A stretch of DNA of 64,000 nt from Candidatus Marinacidobacterales bacterium (GTDB taxonomy: Bacteria > Acidobacteriota > Vicinamibacteria > Marinacidobacterales > DATDRI01). This document shows, piece after piece, positions 25,580-34,962 of this stretch. The DNA is taken from contig OZ245365.1 of NCBI GenBank assembly GCA_965226495.1, positions 185,403-249,402 of the forward strand, given 5' to 3'. Position 1 is the stretch's first letter; each line of letters begins with the position of its first letter. The notes under the pieces are model-generated. The model made no database searches, was not told the origin of the DNA, and saw nothing but the letters and a program-made list of their open reading frames with translations. A program made the translations under genes and the position numbers.

Positions 25580-27325
25580 ATGAAAAGGGATGTGGTACCA
25601 TGTTTCAGAAAATTTCCCAGGGAGGATGTTCGAAGACATTCGAGGGCGGTGAGGGAGGCCTCGCCGTCGCGCGGGAACCCGATGGCTGCAAAGAAGAAGC
25701 GCCAGGATCCGTTTCGCGAGATCCAGAACTGTCTTCAAAAGCGAGACTACAAGAGTGCTCTAGGTTGGTTCCAAACGCTCCTCGAGAGGGAAAACAAGAA
25801 CACACAGATTCGGCTCCGCTATGCCGATACCTTGGTGTTAGCCGGCAGCAAGAACGAAGCCATCAAGCAGTATCGCATCGTTGCCGACGAGCTGGCCGAG
25901 TCCGGGTTCATGATTCGCGCCATCGCGATCAATAAGAAGATCGTACAGCTCGATCCCCGCCAGACGGACGTACATCAGAAGCTCGCGGAAATGAACGAGA
26001 CTCGTTCGAAAGGCCGCAGCGCCGCGATGGCTCAGCTGTCCTCTGCGCTTGTCAGCGATCCGGCGGTGGAAATGCCGCCCGCGTCCCCATCGTCTACACC
26101 GCCTTTGCCGGCCGCCGCCGAGCCGCCTCCAGAGCCACAACTAGAAGCGGAGGCTCCGGCCGAGCCCACGATGAGTCTCGAGGACAGCCTGGCGATGGAG
26201 TTCGGGAGCTCACCGGCGCAGGGGACAACCGAGAGTCCTGGTGAGTCTCCGGTCGAAGAGGGGCCGGTCATTGAGGATGAAATTGCAATGGAACAAGGGC
26301 CCGCCACAGCAGACTTGCCCGAGTTGACGCAGCCCGTCGACTCGCCTGAGCCCGGCTCCGCCGAACCTCCCGAGGCAATGTCCGATCCAACATTTGAATC
26401 GTTACCCCCCGTGATGGAAGACGTCGCGGAAGACGACGATTTGATTCTCCTCGACGAAGACGAGGCGTCGGGCCCGCTCTTAATAGAAGAAGAGAAGGAC
26501 GTCGAGATCACGCTCGACGCGACTCCACCCGGGCTGGAAGATGAGTCGCAAGGGTTCGAGATCGTGGCGGAGTCCGAGGTAGAGATTCCAGCCGCTGACG
26601 CGGACTCCGGGCCCGATATCGAGTTCGAATTGGCCGACGGCGGACCCAGCTTCTCGGAGGGGCAGCCACTGGAAGGTCAAGAGGCACTCGAAAGTGAAGA
26701 AGCGGCGGTCGACTACGTGCTCGATTCGGCCGATGACCTGGGCGATGTCGAAGAAGGACCGGACGTCGAGTTCGATATCGAAATGGAGCCCGATGCCGCA
26801 GCCGACGGAGCGGATCCTTTGGTGGGAGTTCTGGGCGAGGACATCGATGCCCTCATCGATTCTATTATTGACGATGTCGGGAGCTCGGCGAGCGCCCCTC
26901 CCTCGCCTCCTCCGCAGTCCACCGAATCGCCGGGAGGGATCCCTCTGTTCTCCCAGCTAACCATGCAGGAGTTTATCGATGTGGCGGTCGTTCTCGAACG
27001 ACGTTCGGTAAAGACGGGCACGGTCATCGTGCAGGAGGGCGATCCCGGGGATTCCATGTTCATCGTGAGCACCGGCGAGGTCGATGCCACGGTGGAAGAC
27101 AACGGCAAGACAGTGAAAGTTCACAGCTTCAAGGACGGTGACTTTTTCGGTGAGATGGCGGTTTTGAGCGGTGAGCCGCGAACGGCAACGGTCACCGCGG
27201 TGAAGAGCACTGAGCTGCTAGAGCTCAGCCGCGATAATCTCCACAAGATTTTCTCGAAGCACCCCGACGTCGAGGCCAAGATACGCCTGGCCTACGACGA
27301 GCGGGCGATGAACCCTCCCAAGTAG
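25580..27325 (+). CDS. TPR + long acidic linker + cyclic-nucleotide-binding domain protein
   Basis: The C-terminal FGEMAVLSGEPRTATVTAV is the cNMP-binding signature and TPR-like helices lie near the N-terminus. I place the start at the ATG at 25580, preceded by GGGGAGGAGG. The ATG at 25682 is an alternative. Confidence 0.75.
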   Translation: MKRDVVPCFRKFPREDVRRHSRAVREASPSRGNPMAAKKKRQDPFREIQNCLQKRDYKSALGWFQTLLERENKNTQIRLRYADTLVLAGSKNEAIKQYRIVADELAESGFMIRAIAINKKIVQLDPRQTDVHQKLAEMNETRSKGRSAAMAQLSSALVSDPAVEMPPASPSSTPPLPAAAEPPPEPQLEAEAPAEPTMSLEDSLAMEFGSSPAQGTTESPGESPVEEGPVIEDEIAMEQGPATADLPELTQPVDSPEPGSAEPPEAMSDPTFESLPPVMEDVAEDDDLILLDEDEASGPLLIEEEKDVEITLDATPPGLEDESQGFEIVAESEVEIPAADADSGPDIEFELADGGPSFSEGQPLEGQEALESEEAAVDYVLDSADDLGDVEEGPDVEFDIEMEPDAAADGADPLVGVLGEDIDALIDSIIDDVGSSASAPPSPPPQSTESPGGIPLFSQLTMQEFIDVAVVLERRSVKTGTVIVQEGDPGDSMFIVSTGEVDATVEDNGKTVKVHSFKDGDFFGEMAVLSGEPRTATVTAVKSTELLELSRDNLHKIFSKHPDVEAKIRLAYDERAMNPPK

Positions 27326-27366
27326 CCGGCTTCAAGCTTCTTTACTCCGTCGCTTCAGCCCACCGG

Positions 27367-28191
27367 TCAGCTACGCCCGTCCGGCAACTTCATGTACCGC
27401 GAGAGTACCCAGTCAGCCGCCCCGGGGAAGAAGCGGTTCAAGGCGACGATGAACCTGCCCGCTCTCGTCAGGAGGACTTCCCGGCGCGGCCTGCGGGCGC
27501 AGCTCCAGATAACCTCCGCAACTTCCTCGGCGCTCATGGCTTTGCGGCGTGGTTTTCCTCTTGTAGCGCCATAGGTGCCATAGGTGATTGTAGCTTCCGA
27601 GAACTCCGTGTCGGTGTAGCCGGGGCATACGACCGAGACTTCGACTCCCGTATCCTTGAGCTCCAAGCGCAGAGATTCGGATAGCCCCTGCAGCGCGAAC
27701 TTCGTGGCGCCGTACGCACCCGTCATCGGAAGAGCTCTCTTGCCTACGATTGACGAAACGTTGACGATGACGCCCTTCCTGCGTTCTTTCATTCCCGGGA
27801 GAACGGCCTGAATCGCATAGAGGGCGCCAAACGTGTTGACCTCGAAGACACGGCGAAGGTCTTCCTCGCGGACGTTTTCCAGGTAGGCGTAGATTCCGAC
27901 ACCGGCATTGTTCACGAGCACGTCTAACCCCTCGAACGCGTCCTCGGCACGAGCCACCGATTCCGCAACCGCCTTTCGTGAGGCGACGTCGGTTACCAAG
28001 ACCAACGCCTCACCTCCGAGATCATGCACTCGGGATGCGACTCGATGGAGATGGGTTTCCCGTCGAGCCAGTAGGGCGAGCCGTCCACCTTCACGAGCGA
28101 AACGGTAGGCCGTGGCTTCGCCGATCCCGCTCGACGCACCGGTGACTAGGGTCCGCAGTCCGCGAGGCCTCTCAGCCTCGCTCGCCGTCAT
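27367..28191 (-). CDS. short-chain dehydrogenase/reductase
   Basis: It has TGASSGIGEATA, NNAG and the catalytic YGATKFA. Confidence 0.9.
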   Translation of the reverse strand: MTASEAERPRGLRTLVTGASSGIGEATAYRFAREGGRLALLARRETHLHRVASRVHDLGGEALVLVTDVASRKAVAESVARAEDAFEGLDVLVNNAGVGIYAYLENVREEDLRRVFEVNTFGALYAIQAVLPGMKERRKGVIVNVSSIVGKRALPMTGAYGATKFALQGLSESLRLELKDTGVEVSVVCPGYTDTEFSEATITYGTYGATRGKPRRKAMSAEEVAEVIWSCARRPRREVLLTRAGRFIVALNRFFPGAADWVLSRYMKLPDGRS

Positions 28192-28371
28192 GGGGTCGCC
28201 TTCTCGGAGGCGATATGGGCCTCGATGTTTTCTTGGATGTTCAGCTTCCCGAGCTTATAGGACGAGCGCTGGGCCGGGCCACACCCGGGCCAACTGATGG
28301 GGCGAGCTCACTAATAATGTCGTGCTCTGTCTTTGCTGCATGACGCTCTAACGCGTCCCAGGATGAATGCG

Positions 28372-28881
28372 TCAGGGTTGACCGCCACCAGAACCGTAAA
28401 GCGGAAACTGGCGGCCTTTTACTTTTTTGTAGATCTCCGGAGCGACGGAGGGTCCTTGGCGTGAGCAGTGTTTGTCGAATGCGTCGGCGAGATTCTGGGA
28501 GACGTCTTGCTCGGTCATCCGCTCGATATGGCGCCGCTCTAGCATGTGAACGAGTTTGCCATCTTTGAATAGAGCGATCGCCGGCGAAGACGGTGCGACT
28601 CCAACCATTTGCTCACGGGCGCGCTCCGTTGCCTCCCGATCGACTCCTGCGAAGACCATAGTTAAATGATCGGGGATCGTCTTGTGCTGGAGAGCGACGC
28701 TTACGCCGGGACGTGCGGTTCCGCCGGCACAGCCGCAGACCGAATTGACCATAAGCAGGGTCGTACCTTCCTTTCGGATAGCTTCGTCGACCTCGTTCGA
28801 GCTCTTGAGCGGGGTCATACCACATTCTGCCAGCCCCTCCCACATCGGACGGACGGCCTCGGGGTCGTAAAGAGGTTGCAT
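28372..28881 (-). CDS. BrxA/BrxB-type bacilliredoxin (DUF1094)
   Basis: LLMVNSVCGCAGGTARPG contains the CGC redox motif of the YphP/YqiW family. The ATG at 28881 is preceded by AAAGGAA. Confidence 0.75.
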   Translation of the reverse strand: MQPLYDPEAVRPMWEGLAECGMTPLKSSNEVDEAIRKEGTTLLMVNSVCGCAGGTARPGVSVALQHKTIPDHLTMVFAGVDREATERAREQMVGVAPSSPAIALFKDGKLVHMLERRHIERMTEQDVSQNLADAFDKHCSRQGPSVAPEIYKKVKGRQFPLYGSGGGQP

Positions 28882-28985
28882 TGTGCGATTCCTTTCTTCA
28901 GAAAAAACCAACCTAGCACCCTGACCATGGCAGGATCAAGTGATGCCTTTAATAGCTGTAGTATATAGGTCCAAAGGGGGACGAG

Positions 28986-29588
28986 ATGGCGACCTTCCGT
29001 TTGTGCCGAGCTGCTCGGTTGGGGATTTTTGTGCTGGGCTTTCTTTTCTTGCCCCTTGGTCCCGCCATCGGTCAGCACGGATTGGCCGGAACCTGGGAAG
29101 TCGACCCCGATGAAAGCGACGACATGGAGGAGAAGATCCGGGTGGGGATGGCGAGCATGAAAAGAGGTGGCCGCCGCGGTAGTGGTTCGCCCGACGCGTC
29201 CGAGGACCCGAATATCGCGCTGGCCCGATTGAAGGGTATGCGACAAATCATCAGGAATTTATCGGCGGCGGCCGACGAGCTGACGATCGAGGTCGAGGGT
29301 AGCGAGTTCCGCGTTGCCGGTGCCGGGGAAGGCCGCGTGCGAATATTCTATCTGGATGGGCAGAAGCACGTCCGGGAGACTCCGAACGGGACGAAGCTCG
29401 AGACCATCGCTCAGTGGAACGGCAAACAGGTTCTCATCGAGCAAGAGGCGAAAGACGAGGGAACCATCAATGAGGTGTACGAGCTCGGGCGGGAGCCCAA
29501 CGAGCTCGTCGTGATCTTCCGTTTGAAGATCAAACAGCTCGAAGAACCGATTGTGATTAAGAGTGTCTACGGTGCCCTGACAGACTGA
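28986..29588 (+). CDS. secreted hypothetical protein
   Basis: 200 aa with a signal-like N-terminus LGIFVLGFLFLPLGPAIGQ. I recognise no family. Confidence 0.5.
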   Translation: MATFRLCRAARLGIFVLGFLFLPLGPAIGQHGLAGTWEVDPDESDDMEEKIRVGMASMKRGGRRGSGSPDASEDPNIALARLKGMRQIIRNLSAAADELTIEVEGSEFRVAGAGEGRVRIFYLDGQKHVRETPNGTKLETIAQWNGKQVLIEQEAKDEGTINEVYELGREPNELVVIFRLKIKQLEEPIVIKSVYGALTD

Positions 29589-29659
29589 CGGACGGTTGAA
29601 GTCAGAAAGACCCGGGAGGTGGCCCCCGGGTCTTTGCAGCGTAAGCAAACCGACGCGTT

Positions 29660-30358
29660 TCAGAATCGGAACTGAGCTGCCACGTTGGCGGTAAAGCCTT
29701 CCAGCCGATCGTCGAACCGACCGGCTGCTCCGATGAACCGATAACCCCCACCGAAACCGAGACGGAACTTCTCGGTCACGTTCAATGTGACATTGACCTC
29801 CGGCTCCATGACCAAAAACGTCTCTTCCACGTTGAGGATTCTACTGAGGTCGATGTCGTCGAAACGTCCGCCGAACCGCCCGATCAGGTTGTCGAGGTTG
29901 ACGTTACCAAGGTCGAGGTTCCCCAAATCGAGATCCCCCAAGCCGAAGTTGCCCCGCCCGGGAAAACGACCGCGAAGAGGAAGCCCGCCCGAGTTGAATA
30001 GGCTCAGGTTCGCCCTACCGGCACCGACCAAGCCCCTTACGGAAATGTTGGCCACGCGGGTCGGATTGAAGAAGTACTCGAGGACCGCGCCCCCGTACTT
30101 CATGTCGGACTCGTTGCCCCCGTTGGTCTGAAAATAGGCGGCGCCGCCGATCAAGAATTTCTGATTGATCAGCCAGCCTCCGTAGAGGCCGGCCAGGCCC
30201 GCGAACTCCCCGTTGATTTCGGTGAACTTGTAGTCCGGAGCGATGAGAAAACTGCTCTCGATACCGCCCTGGGTCAGCGTCTGCGTGGTTTGGCCCAGGA
30301 CGGGGCTGGTGAAGAGCAGCGTGATTCCCAGGATCGTGAAGATGGACTTTCTAAACAT
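29660..30358 (-). CDS. outer-membrane beta-barrel protein
   Basis: It has a signal peptide (ILGITLLFTSPVLGQ), alternating Gly/aromatic beta-strand patterns and a terminal aromatic (..AAQFRF). Confidence 0.6.
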   Translation of the reverse strand: MFRKSIFTILGITLLFTSPVLGQTTQTLTQGGIESSFLIAPDYKFTEINGEFAGLAGLYGGWLINQKFLIGGAAYFQTNGGNESDMKYGGAVLEYFFNPTRVANISVRGLVGAGRANLSLFNSGGLPLRGRFPGRGNFGLGDLDLGNLDLGNVNLDNLIGRFGGRFDDIDLSRILNVEETFLVMEPEVNVTLNVTEKFRLGFGGGYRFIGAAGRFDDRLEGFTANVAAQFRF

Positions 30359-30473
30359 CTCTACCTCAACTTTCTTTGTAGTGGCGCCTGGTCACATTGA
30401 TTGCTGGCACCTTCCTCTTTTGGCGCCCAGCGGATGCGCACAAGTACTGGCTCAGTAGCCGTCGATCGCTAGA

Positions 30474-30488
30474 GCATTTCCTGTGCCA
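30474..30488 (-). promoter_or_regulatory. sigma-54-like -24/-12 element overlapping a GTGCCA-c-TGGCAC palindrome (tentative)
   Basis: The minus strand reads TGGCAC-AGGAA-ATGC, against the consensus TGGCAC-N5-TTGC. It lies ~115 nt upstream of the OMP start at 30358. Confidence 0.25.
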
Positions 30489-30594
30489 CTGGCACTACGG
30501 TAGTTCTACTGTCCAAACAAGGGTTTCGAGGTAACAGTCACGCGAATTTGTCCCTTTGCGGCGACAACCTGTCTACTTTGTTGGATTCGTACCG

Positions 30595-31506
30595 CTATTC
30601 GGTGGGAGGCTTAGCGGTGGGAACGATGGTAACGAGGTCCAGCGGATTGACGCGAGCTTTGTTGAGTCGGGCGGCCCAATGAAGATGAGGGCCGGTGACG
30701 CGACCCGTCGCGCCGACCCGTCCTATGATCTCACCGGTTTGCACGACCTGCCCGTTCTTGACGGCCGTCGATTCGAGATGGCCGTAAAACGTATAAAGTC
30801 CGAGGCCATGGTCGAGCACGATGGTGTTACCAGAAAAGAAGAGGTCGCTCGCCATCACAACGCGACCGCGCTGCGGAGCACGCACCGGTGTTCCCGAAGG
30901 GGCGGGGAAGTCTTCACCACTGTGCGGAGAACGTGGCTGGTCGTTGACGACCCGCCTCTTGCCGAAGCTGCCCGACCCGGTGACGCCCTTCACGGGTAGC
31001 TGGAAGCTTCCTTCCCAGAGTCGCGCCGCCGTCGCAGCCCGAAAAATCCCTAGGAGTTGATTCGTTTCTCTTCGCGACCTCGCGAGGTCTTCGGCGCTCA
31101 AATCAACGAACTTCTTCTCCACGGAAATTGTCTGGACCGTGAAGTGTCCGTCCCGAACGGTGACCGGAGTGCTGCAGCCTATCTTTTGACCGTTGCTCCG
31201 TCTCGTTTCGACCGTCAGCGGAACTTGGGAGGCGTTGCGGCGGAGATCCACGCCTAACAGGGCAAGGTGAGAGTCGCCCTCTCGCCAGAAGTACAGCGAC
31301 TGGTCGGCCCACGCAGCGTTGACCTCTGCGGGGAATTCACTACGGACTTCGAGAAGGATGATGGCGCCTTGAGGCGGTTCTATCGTGCTCAGCGTCAACT
31401 CCAAACCGGCGGCACAATCGATCGTCTCCTCGGCCTGGGACGCAGCGACCAGCGAGCTCAATAGAACAACGGTCAGCGCCGCAGCTGCTGTTCTCTTCAC
31501 GCCCAC
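30595..31506 (-). CDS. M23-family metallopeptidase
   Basis: It has LDHGLGLYTFYGHL and GATGRVTGPHLHW. Confidence 0.9.
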   Translation of the reverse strand: MGVKRTAAAALTVVLLSSLVAASQAEETIDCAAGLELTLSTIEPPQGAIILLEVRSEFPAEVNAAWADQSLYFWREGDSHLALLGVDLRRNASQVPLTVETRRSNGQKIGCSTPVTVRDGHFTVQTISVEKKFVDLSAEDLARSRRETNQLLGIFRAATAARLWEGSFQLPVKGVTGSGSFGKRRVVNDQPRSPHSGEDFPAPSGTPVRAPQRGRVVMASDLFFSGNTIVLDHGLGLYTFYGHLESTAVKNGQVVQTGEIIGRVGATGRVTGPHLHWAARLNKARVNPLDLVTIVPTAKPPTE

Positions 31507-31600
31507 ACTATATCAATAGTATGAGCATCTCTGAAAAAGGCGAAGCGGAACTGAAGACGTGAGGCAACGTCGCCGCAGACTTGTGGGCTGTGGGTCGGAA

Positions 31601-32407
31601 CTAACGCAGAGCGAGTATCTCGCCCCCGGAACGATATCCGTTGCGGCGCGCCAGTCTCCTCACCTTCAGAGAAGGATACTTTCGCAGCCTGAGGAGCACA
31701 TCGGCCACCGGTAGCGGATCGGTATGAATCTCGACCCGGCCTTGCCGGAGCGCGTCCAGGACGGCGGGTAGGGATTTCTCTTTGGCCTCGATGAATGAGT
31801 GCGTTGCACCCATTTGCCAAAGAAAGTGCGAATCCGACGTCCCGACCAGCAGGCGACCGGTCCGGCGCGCCAGACTAACGGCCTTTTTGTTGAAATTCAT
31901 GTTCTTGGTGTAGAAGTGGCTGTACTCGATCCCGTCGAAAAGCTCTAGGTGCTCGAGTAACTTACTCTGCAGACAAAACTGCGAGGGGAAGAACGGGTGC
32001 GGAGCAATGGCAAGCATCTGGGGATTCTCGTGGCGTAGCCGATAAAGCTCCGCGAAGGTGCTCGGCGGGGCATCCCAATAGTTGAAATTGTAGAGGAGCA
32101 CATGGCGATTCTCGATGGTCGCCTCGACGCCCGGCACGAGCACGATGCCTCGGGAAGCCGCGTAGTCGGCGAGCTCCTCGGAGTGGCTCATGAAGTCGTG
32201 ATTGGTGATCGCCATGACGTCGAAGCCGAGCTTGGCCGCATGGTCAATCATCTCTTCGCTGGAATGTGCTACGTAGTCGAGTGGGTCGTCACCCGTGTGC
32301 AAATGAAGGTCGGTTTTTAAGCGCAAGCCTGATGCTCCTTCTCTTGGTGGGTTGGGTGAAGCATATTGTGGAAACCCCATGGTGACATGCATTTGGCGTT
32401 TCGTCAA
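31601..32407 (-). CDS. PHP-domain phosphoesterase
   Basis: It starts with a DLHLHTGDD metal-binding motif and has further His/Asp motifs (ITNHD, HPF). Confidence 0.8.
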   Translation of the reverse strand: MTKRQMHVTMGFPQYASPNPPREGASGLRLKTDLHLHTGDDPLDYVAHSSEEMIDHAAKLGFDVMAITNHDFMSHSEELADYAASRGIVLVPGVEATIENRHVLLYNFNYWDAPPSTFAELYRLRHENPQMLAIAPHPFFPSQFCLQSKLLEHLELFDGIEYSHFYTKNMNFNKKAVSLARRTGRLLVGTSDSHFLWQMGATHSFIEAKEKSLPAVLDALRQGRVEIHTDPLPVADVLLRLRKYPSLKVRRLARRNGYRSGGEILALR

Positions 32408-32490
32408 ACATCCGACGTTGTCAAATTGAAGCGTGGCGTTTGCCCGGTGGTCTAGAAGATGGGCTAAAATAAGAGGGCAGTTGGACTTCG

Positions 32491-32565
32491 GGGCGGTTAG
32501 CTCAGTGGGAGAGCGCTTGCCTTACAAGCAAGATGTCACAGGTTCAAATCCTGTACCGCCCACCA
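32491..32565 (+). tRNA. tRNA-Val (anticodon TAC) with encoded CCA
   Basis: I folded the cloverleaf by hand. The acceptor stem is GGGCGGT/ACCGCCC and the D arm is GCTC-AGTGGGA-GAGC. The anticodon arm is CTTGC-CTTACAA-GCAAG and the T arm is ACAGG-TTCAAAT-CCTGT. The discriminator is A, followed by CCA. Confidence 0.95.
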
Positions 32566-32779
32566 ACCTCGCGTAGATTGCCGGGGTCCGGCTGCTATAC
32601 TCTGCCCCCGCCAGGGAGCTTGCGGGCCAGCAACTTGCTATCGGATCGCGACAATCAAAAAAGCCATTTCGATACGGCGCCGCCTGGTTCACAGGGTTCT
32701 ATGCGCCTTCCTGACACTGGCAGCCTGTAGCCCACTCGTTTGGGCGAAGGACACCGCCGACGATGGCCCCGAGCCACCA

Positions 32780-34957
32780 GTGCCGCCCGCGGTTTTGGCC
32801 CGCGACACCGAGGGTCGGGTCACGCTGAGGGCTACCCGTTTGGCCGAGCCCATCGTTGTCGATGGGCGCCTCGAGGAGCTCATCTACCGCCAAGTACCGT
32901 CGATGACGGAGTTCATCCAACAGGAGCCGCACGAGGGCGAGCTCGCCACCGAGCAGACGGAAGTCTGGGTTTTCTTCGATGATAAGAACATCTACGTCTC
33001 CGCTCGTTGTTGGGACAGCCATCCCGAGAAAATCGTGGCCAACGAAATGCGTCGGGATAATCGCAATATCTTCAACAACGCGAATTTTGCGGTCATCTTC
33101 GACACCTTTCACGACCGGCGCAATGGGTTCCTCTTCTACACCAATCCGTTGGGTGCGATCTTCGACGCTCAAGTCACTGACGAGAGGAATCTGAATTCGG
33201 ACTGGAACACGGTGTGGGACGTCAAGACAGGCCGCTGGGAAGATGGCTGGCTGGTGGAGATGAAGATTCCCTTCCGGTCCCTTCGTTACCGGGGGGGCGA
33301 TGCCGAGATTTGGGGGATCAATTTTAGGCGCATCGTCCGGTGGAAAAACGAAACGAGCTACCTGACACCGATGGCCGCCGCTTTCCGGCAAGGCGGTATC
33401 GCCAAGCTCTCACAAGCGGCGACCATGGTAGGCCTCGAGACACCATCAAAGGCCATCAACCTCGAGCTCAAGCCCTACGCCACCGCTGCGGCCAACACCG
33501 ATTTCGAGGCCGAGCCTCCGTTCGAGAACGAGCTCGACGGCAACGTCGGGGTCGATCTCAAGTACGGAGTCACGCGTGGCTTAACATTCGACTTCACATT
33601 GAACACTGACTTCGCTCAGGTGGAAGCCGACGAGCAACAGGTGAACCTGACGCGGTTCGGACTTTTCTTTCCCGAGAAACGTGATTTCTTCCTCGAGGGT
33701 AAGGACATATTCACGTTCGGCGGTGTAATCGGTTTTCGCCGCGGGGGTGACCGTGCCGACAACACGCCGATCATGTTTTTCAGTCGGCAAATTGGGCTCT
33801 ACGATGAAGAGGTAGTGCCCATTAACGCCGGCGCTCGGCTTACTGGCCGCGCCGGAGCCTACACCTTAGGGCTCTTGGCTATTCAGACCGACGAGCTCCC
33901 GCAACTGGCGATCCCCAAGACGGATTTCGGTGTGGTGCGGATCAAGCGAGATATCCTTCGCCGCAGCAACATTGGAGTCATCGGGACTTACCGATCGCCC
34001 ATTTTCGAGGCCGACAGCACGAACGATTCGAACCAATTGTATGGTATCGACGGGAACTTCACCTTTTTCCAGAACGTGAACATGAACGCGTACTACGCGC
34101 GAAGCGAAACAACCGGGCTGAGCGGGGACAACGCCAGCTATCGCGGCCGCTTCCAGTACGGAGGCGATCTCTGGGCTCTAGTAGGTGAGCATCTCGTAGT
34201 GGAGAAGAATTTCAAACCCGAGATCGGATTCCTGCGTCGGGAGGATTTCCGAGAGAGCTTCGCGGAGTTGCGTTTCACCCCCCGCGCGCGCTGGAGCGAG
34301 GCGATACGCCAGTTCGAGTTCGAGGGGAGCTTTGACTACGTTACCAACGGCGACGCACAGCTCGAGAGTAGTCAAGGACGGTTTGCGTTCCGTACCGAGT
34401 TCGAAAGCGGGGACCGCATCTTCACCTGGTATAACCGCATCTTCGAGTTTTTGGACGAAGAGTTCGACATCGCCGACGACGTGATCATCCCCATTGGCCA
34501 GTACCGATTCGAGAGGTACGGGGCCGGATATCGGTTGGGGCCGCAGCGAAGGGTATCGGGTTTCATCGGCCTAGAGGGTGGAACCTTCTTCAGTGGAGAT
34601 AGAAACGAGCTGATCTACTTCGGCCGTTGGGAGCTGACTAAACAGCTGTCCCTCGAACCGAGGCTTTCTCTCAATTGGATCGACCTGCCGGAAGGCAGTT
34701 TCACCGTCAATGTAGCTCGGGTGCGGGTCAACCTCATGCTCTCTCCGCGCATCTTCTTGGGAGCGCTCATCCAATACAACTCCTCCGACAATTTGGCCGC
34801 AACCAATGTCCGCTTCCGCTGGGAGTATCAACCGGGTAGCGACTTCTTCATCGTGTACAGCGACGGCCGAGATACGCTCCGGCTCGACCCACGAGGAATC
34901 CCGCGGCTAGAAACACAATCCTTGGTGATCAAGTTCACGCGACTCTTTCGGTTCTAG
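32780..34957 (+). CDS. DUF5916 / CBM9-like outer-membrane-associated protein
   Basis: The N-terminal PIVVDGRLEE..Y..VP...FIQQEP.EG..ATE.TEVWVFFDD.NIYVSARC pattern is CBM9-like and is followed by a large beta-rich body. The frame stays open upstream and encodes RRRLVHRVLCAFLTLAACSPLVWA-KD (signal peptide). The true start is therefore probably a non-ATG codon near 32666-32684. Confidence 0.75.
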   Translation: MPPAVLARDTEGRVTLRATRLAEPIVVDGRLEELIYRQVPSMTEFIQQEPHEGELATEQTEVWVFFDDKNIYVSARCWDSHPEKIVANEMRRDNRNIFNNANFAVIFDTFHDRRNGFLFYTNPLGAIFDAQVTDERNLNSDWNTVWDVKTGRWEDGWLVEMKIPFRSLRYRGGDAEIWGINFRRIVRWKNETSYLTPMAAAFRQGGIAKLSQAATMVGLETPSKAINLELKPYATAAANTDFEAEPPFENELDGNVGVDLKYGVTRGLTFDFTLNTDFAQVEADEQQVNLTRFGLFFPEKRDFFLEGKDIFTFGGVIGFRRGGDRADNTPIMFFSRQIGLYDEEVVPINAGARLTGRAGAYTLGLLAIQTDELPQLAIPKTDFGVVRIKRDILRRSNIGVIGTYRSPIFEADSTNDSNQLYGIDGNFTFFQNVNMNAYYARSETTGLSGDNASYRGRFQYGGDLWALVGEHLVVEKNFKPEIGFLRREDFRESFAELRFTPRARWSEAIRQFEFEGSFDYVTNGDAQLESSQGRFAFRTEFESGDRIFTWYNRIFEFLDEEFDIADDVIIPIGQYRFERYGAGYRLGPQRRVSGFIGLEGGTFFSGDRNELIYFGRWELTKQLSLEPRLSLNWIDLPEGSFTVNVARVRVNLMLSPRIFLGALIQYNSSDNLAATNVRFRWEYQPGSDFFIVYSDGRDTLRLDPRGIPRLETQSLVIKFTRLFRF

Positions 34958-34962
34958 CCTGC

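Noticed and set aside
32699-33391. A 230-aa minus-strand ORF overlapping the start of the DUF5916-like gene.
   Set aside because: It is antisense to a frame with a signal peptide and a CBM9-like motif, and I recognised no motif in it.
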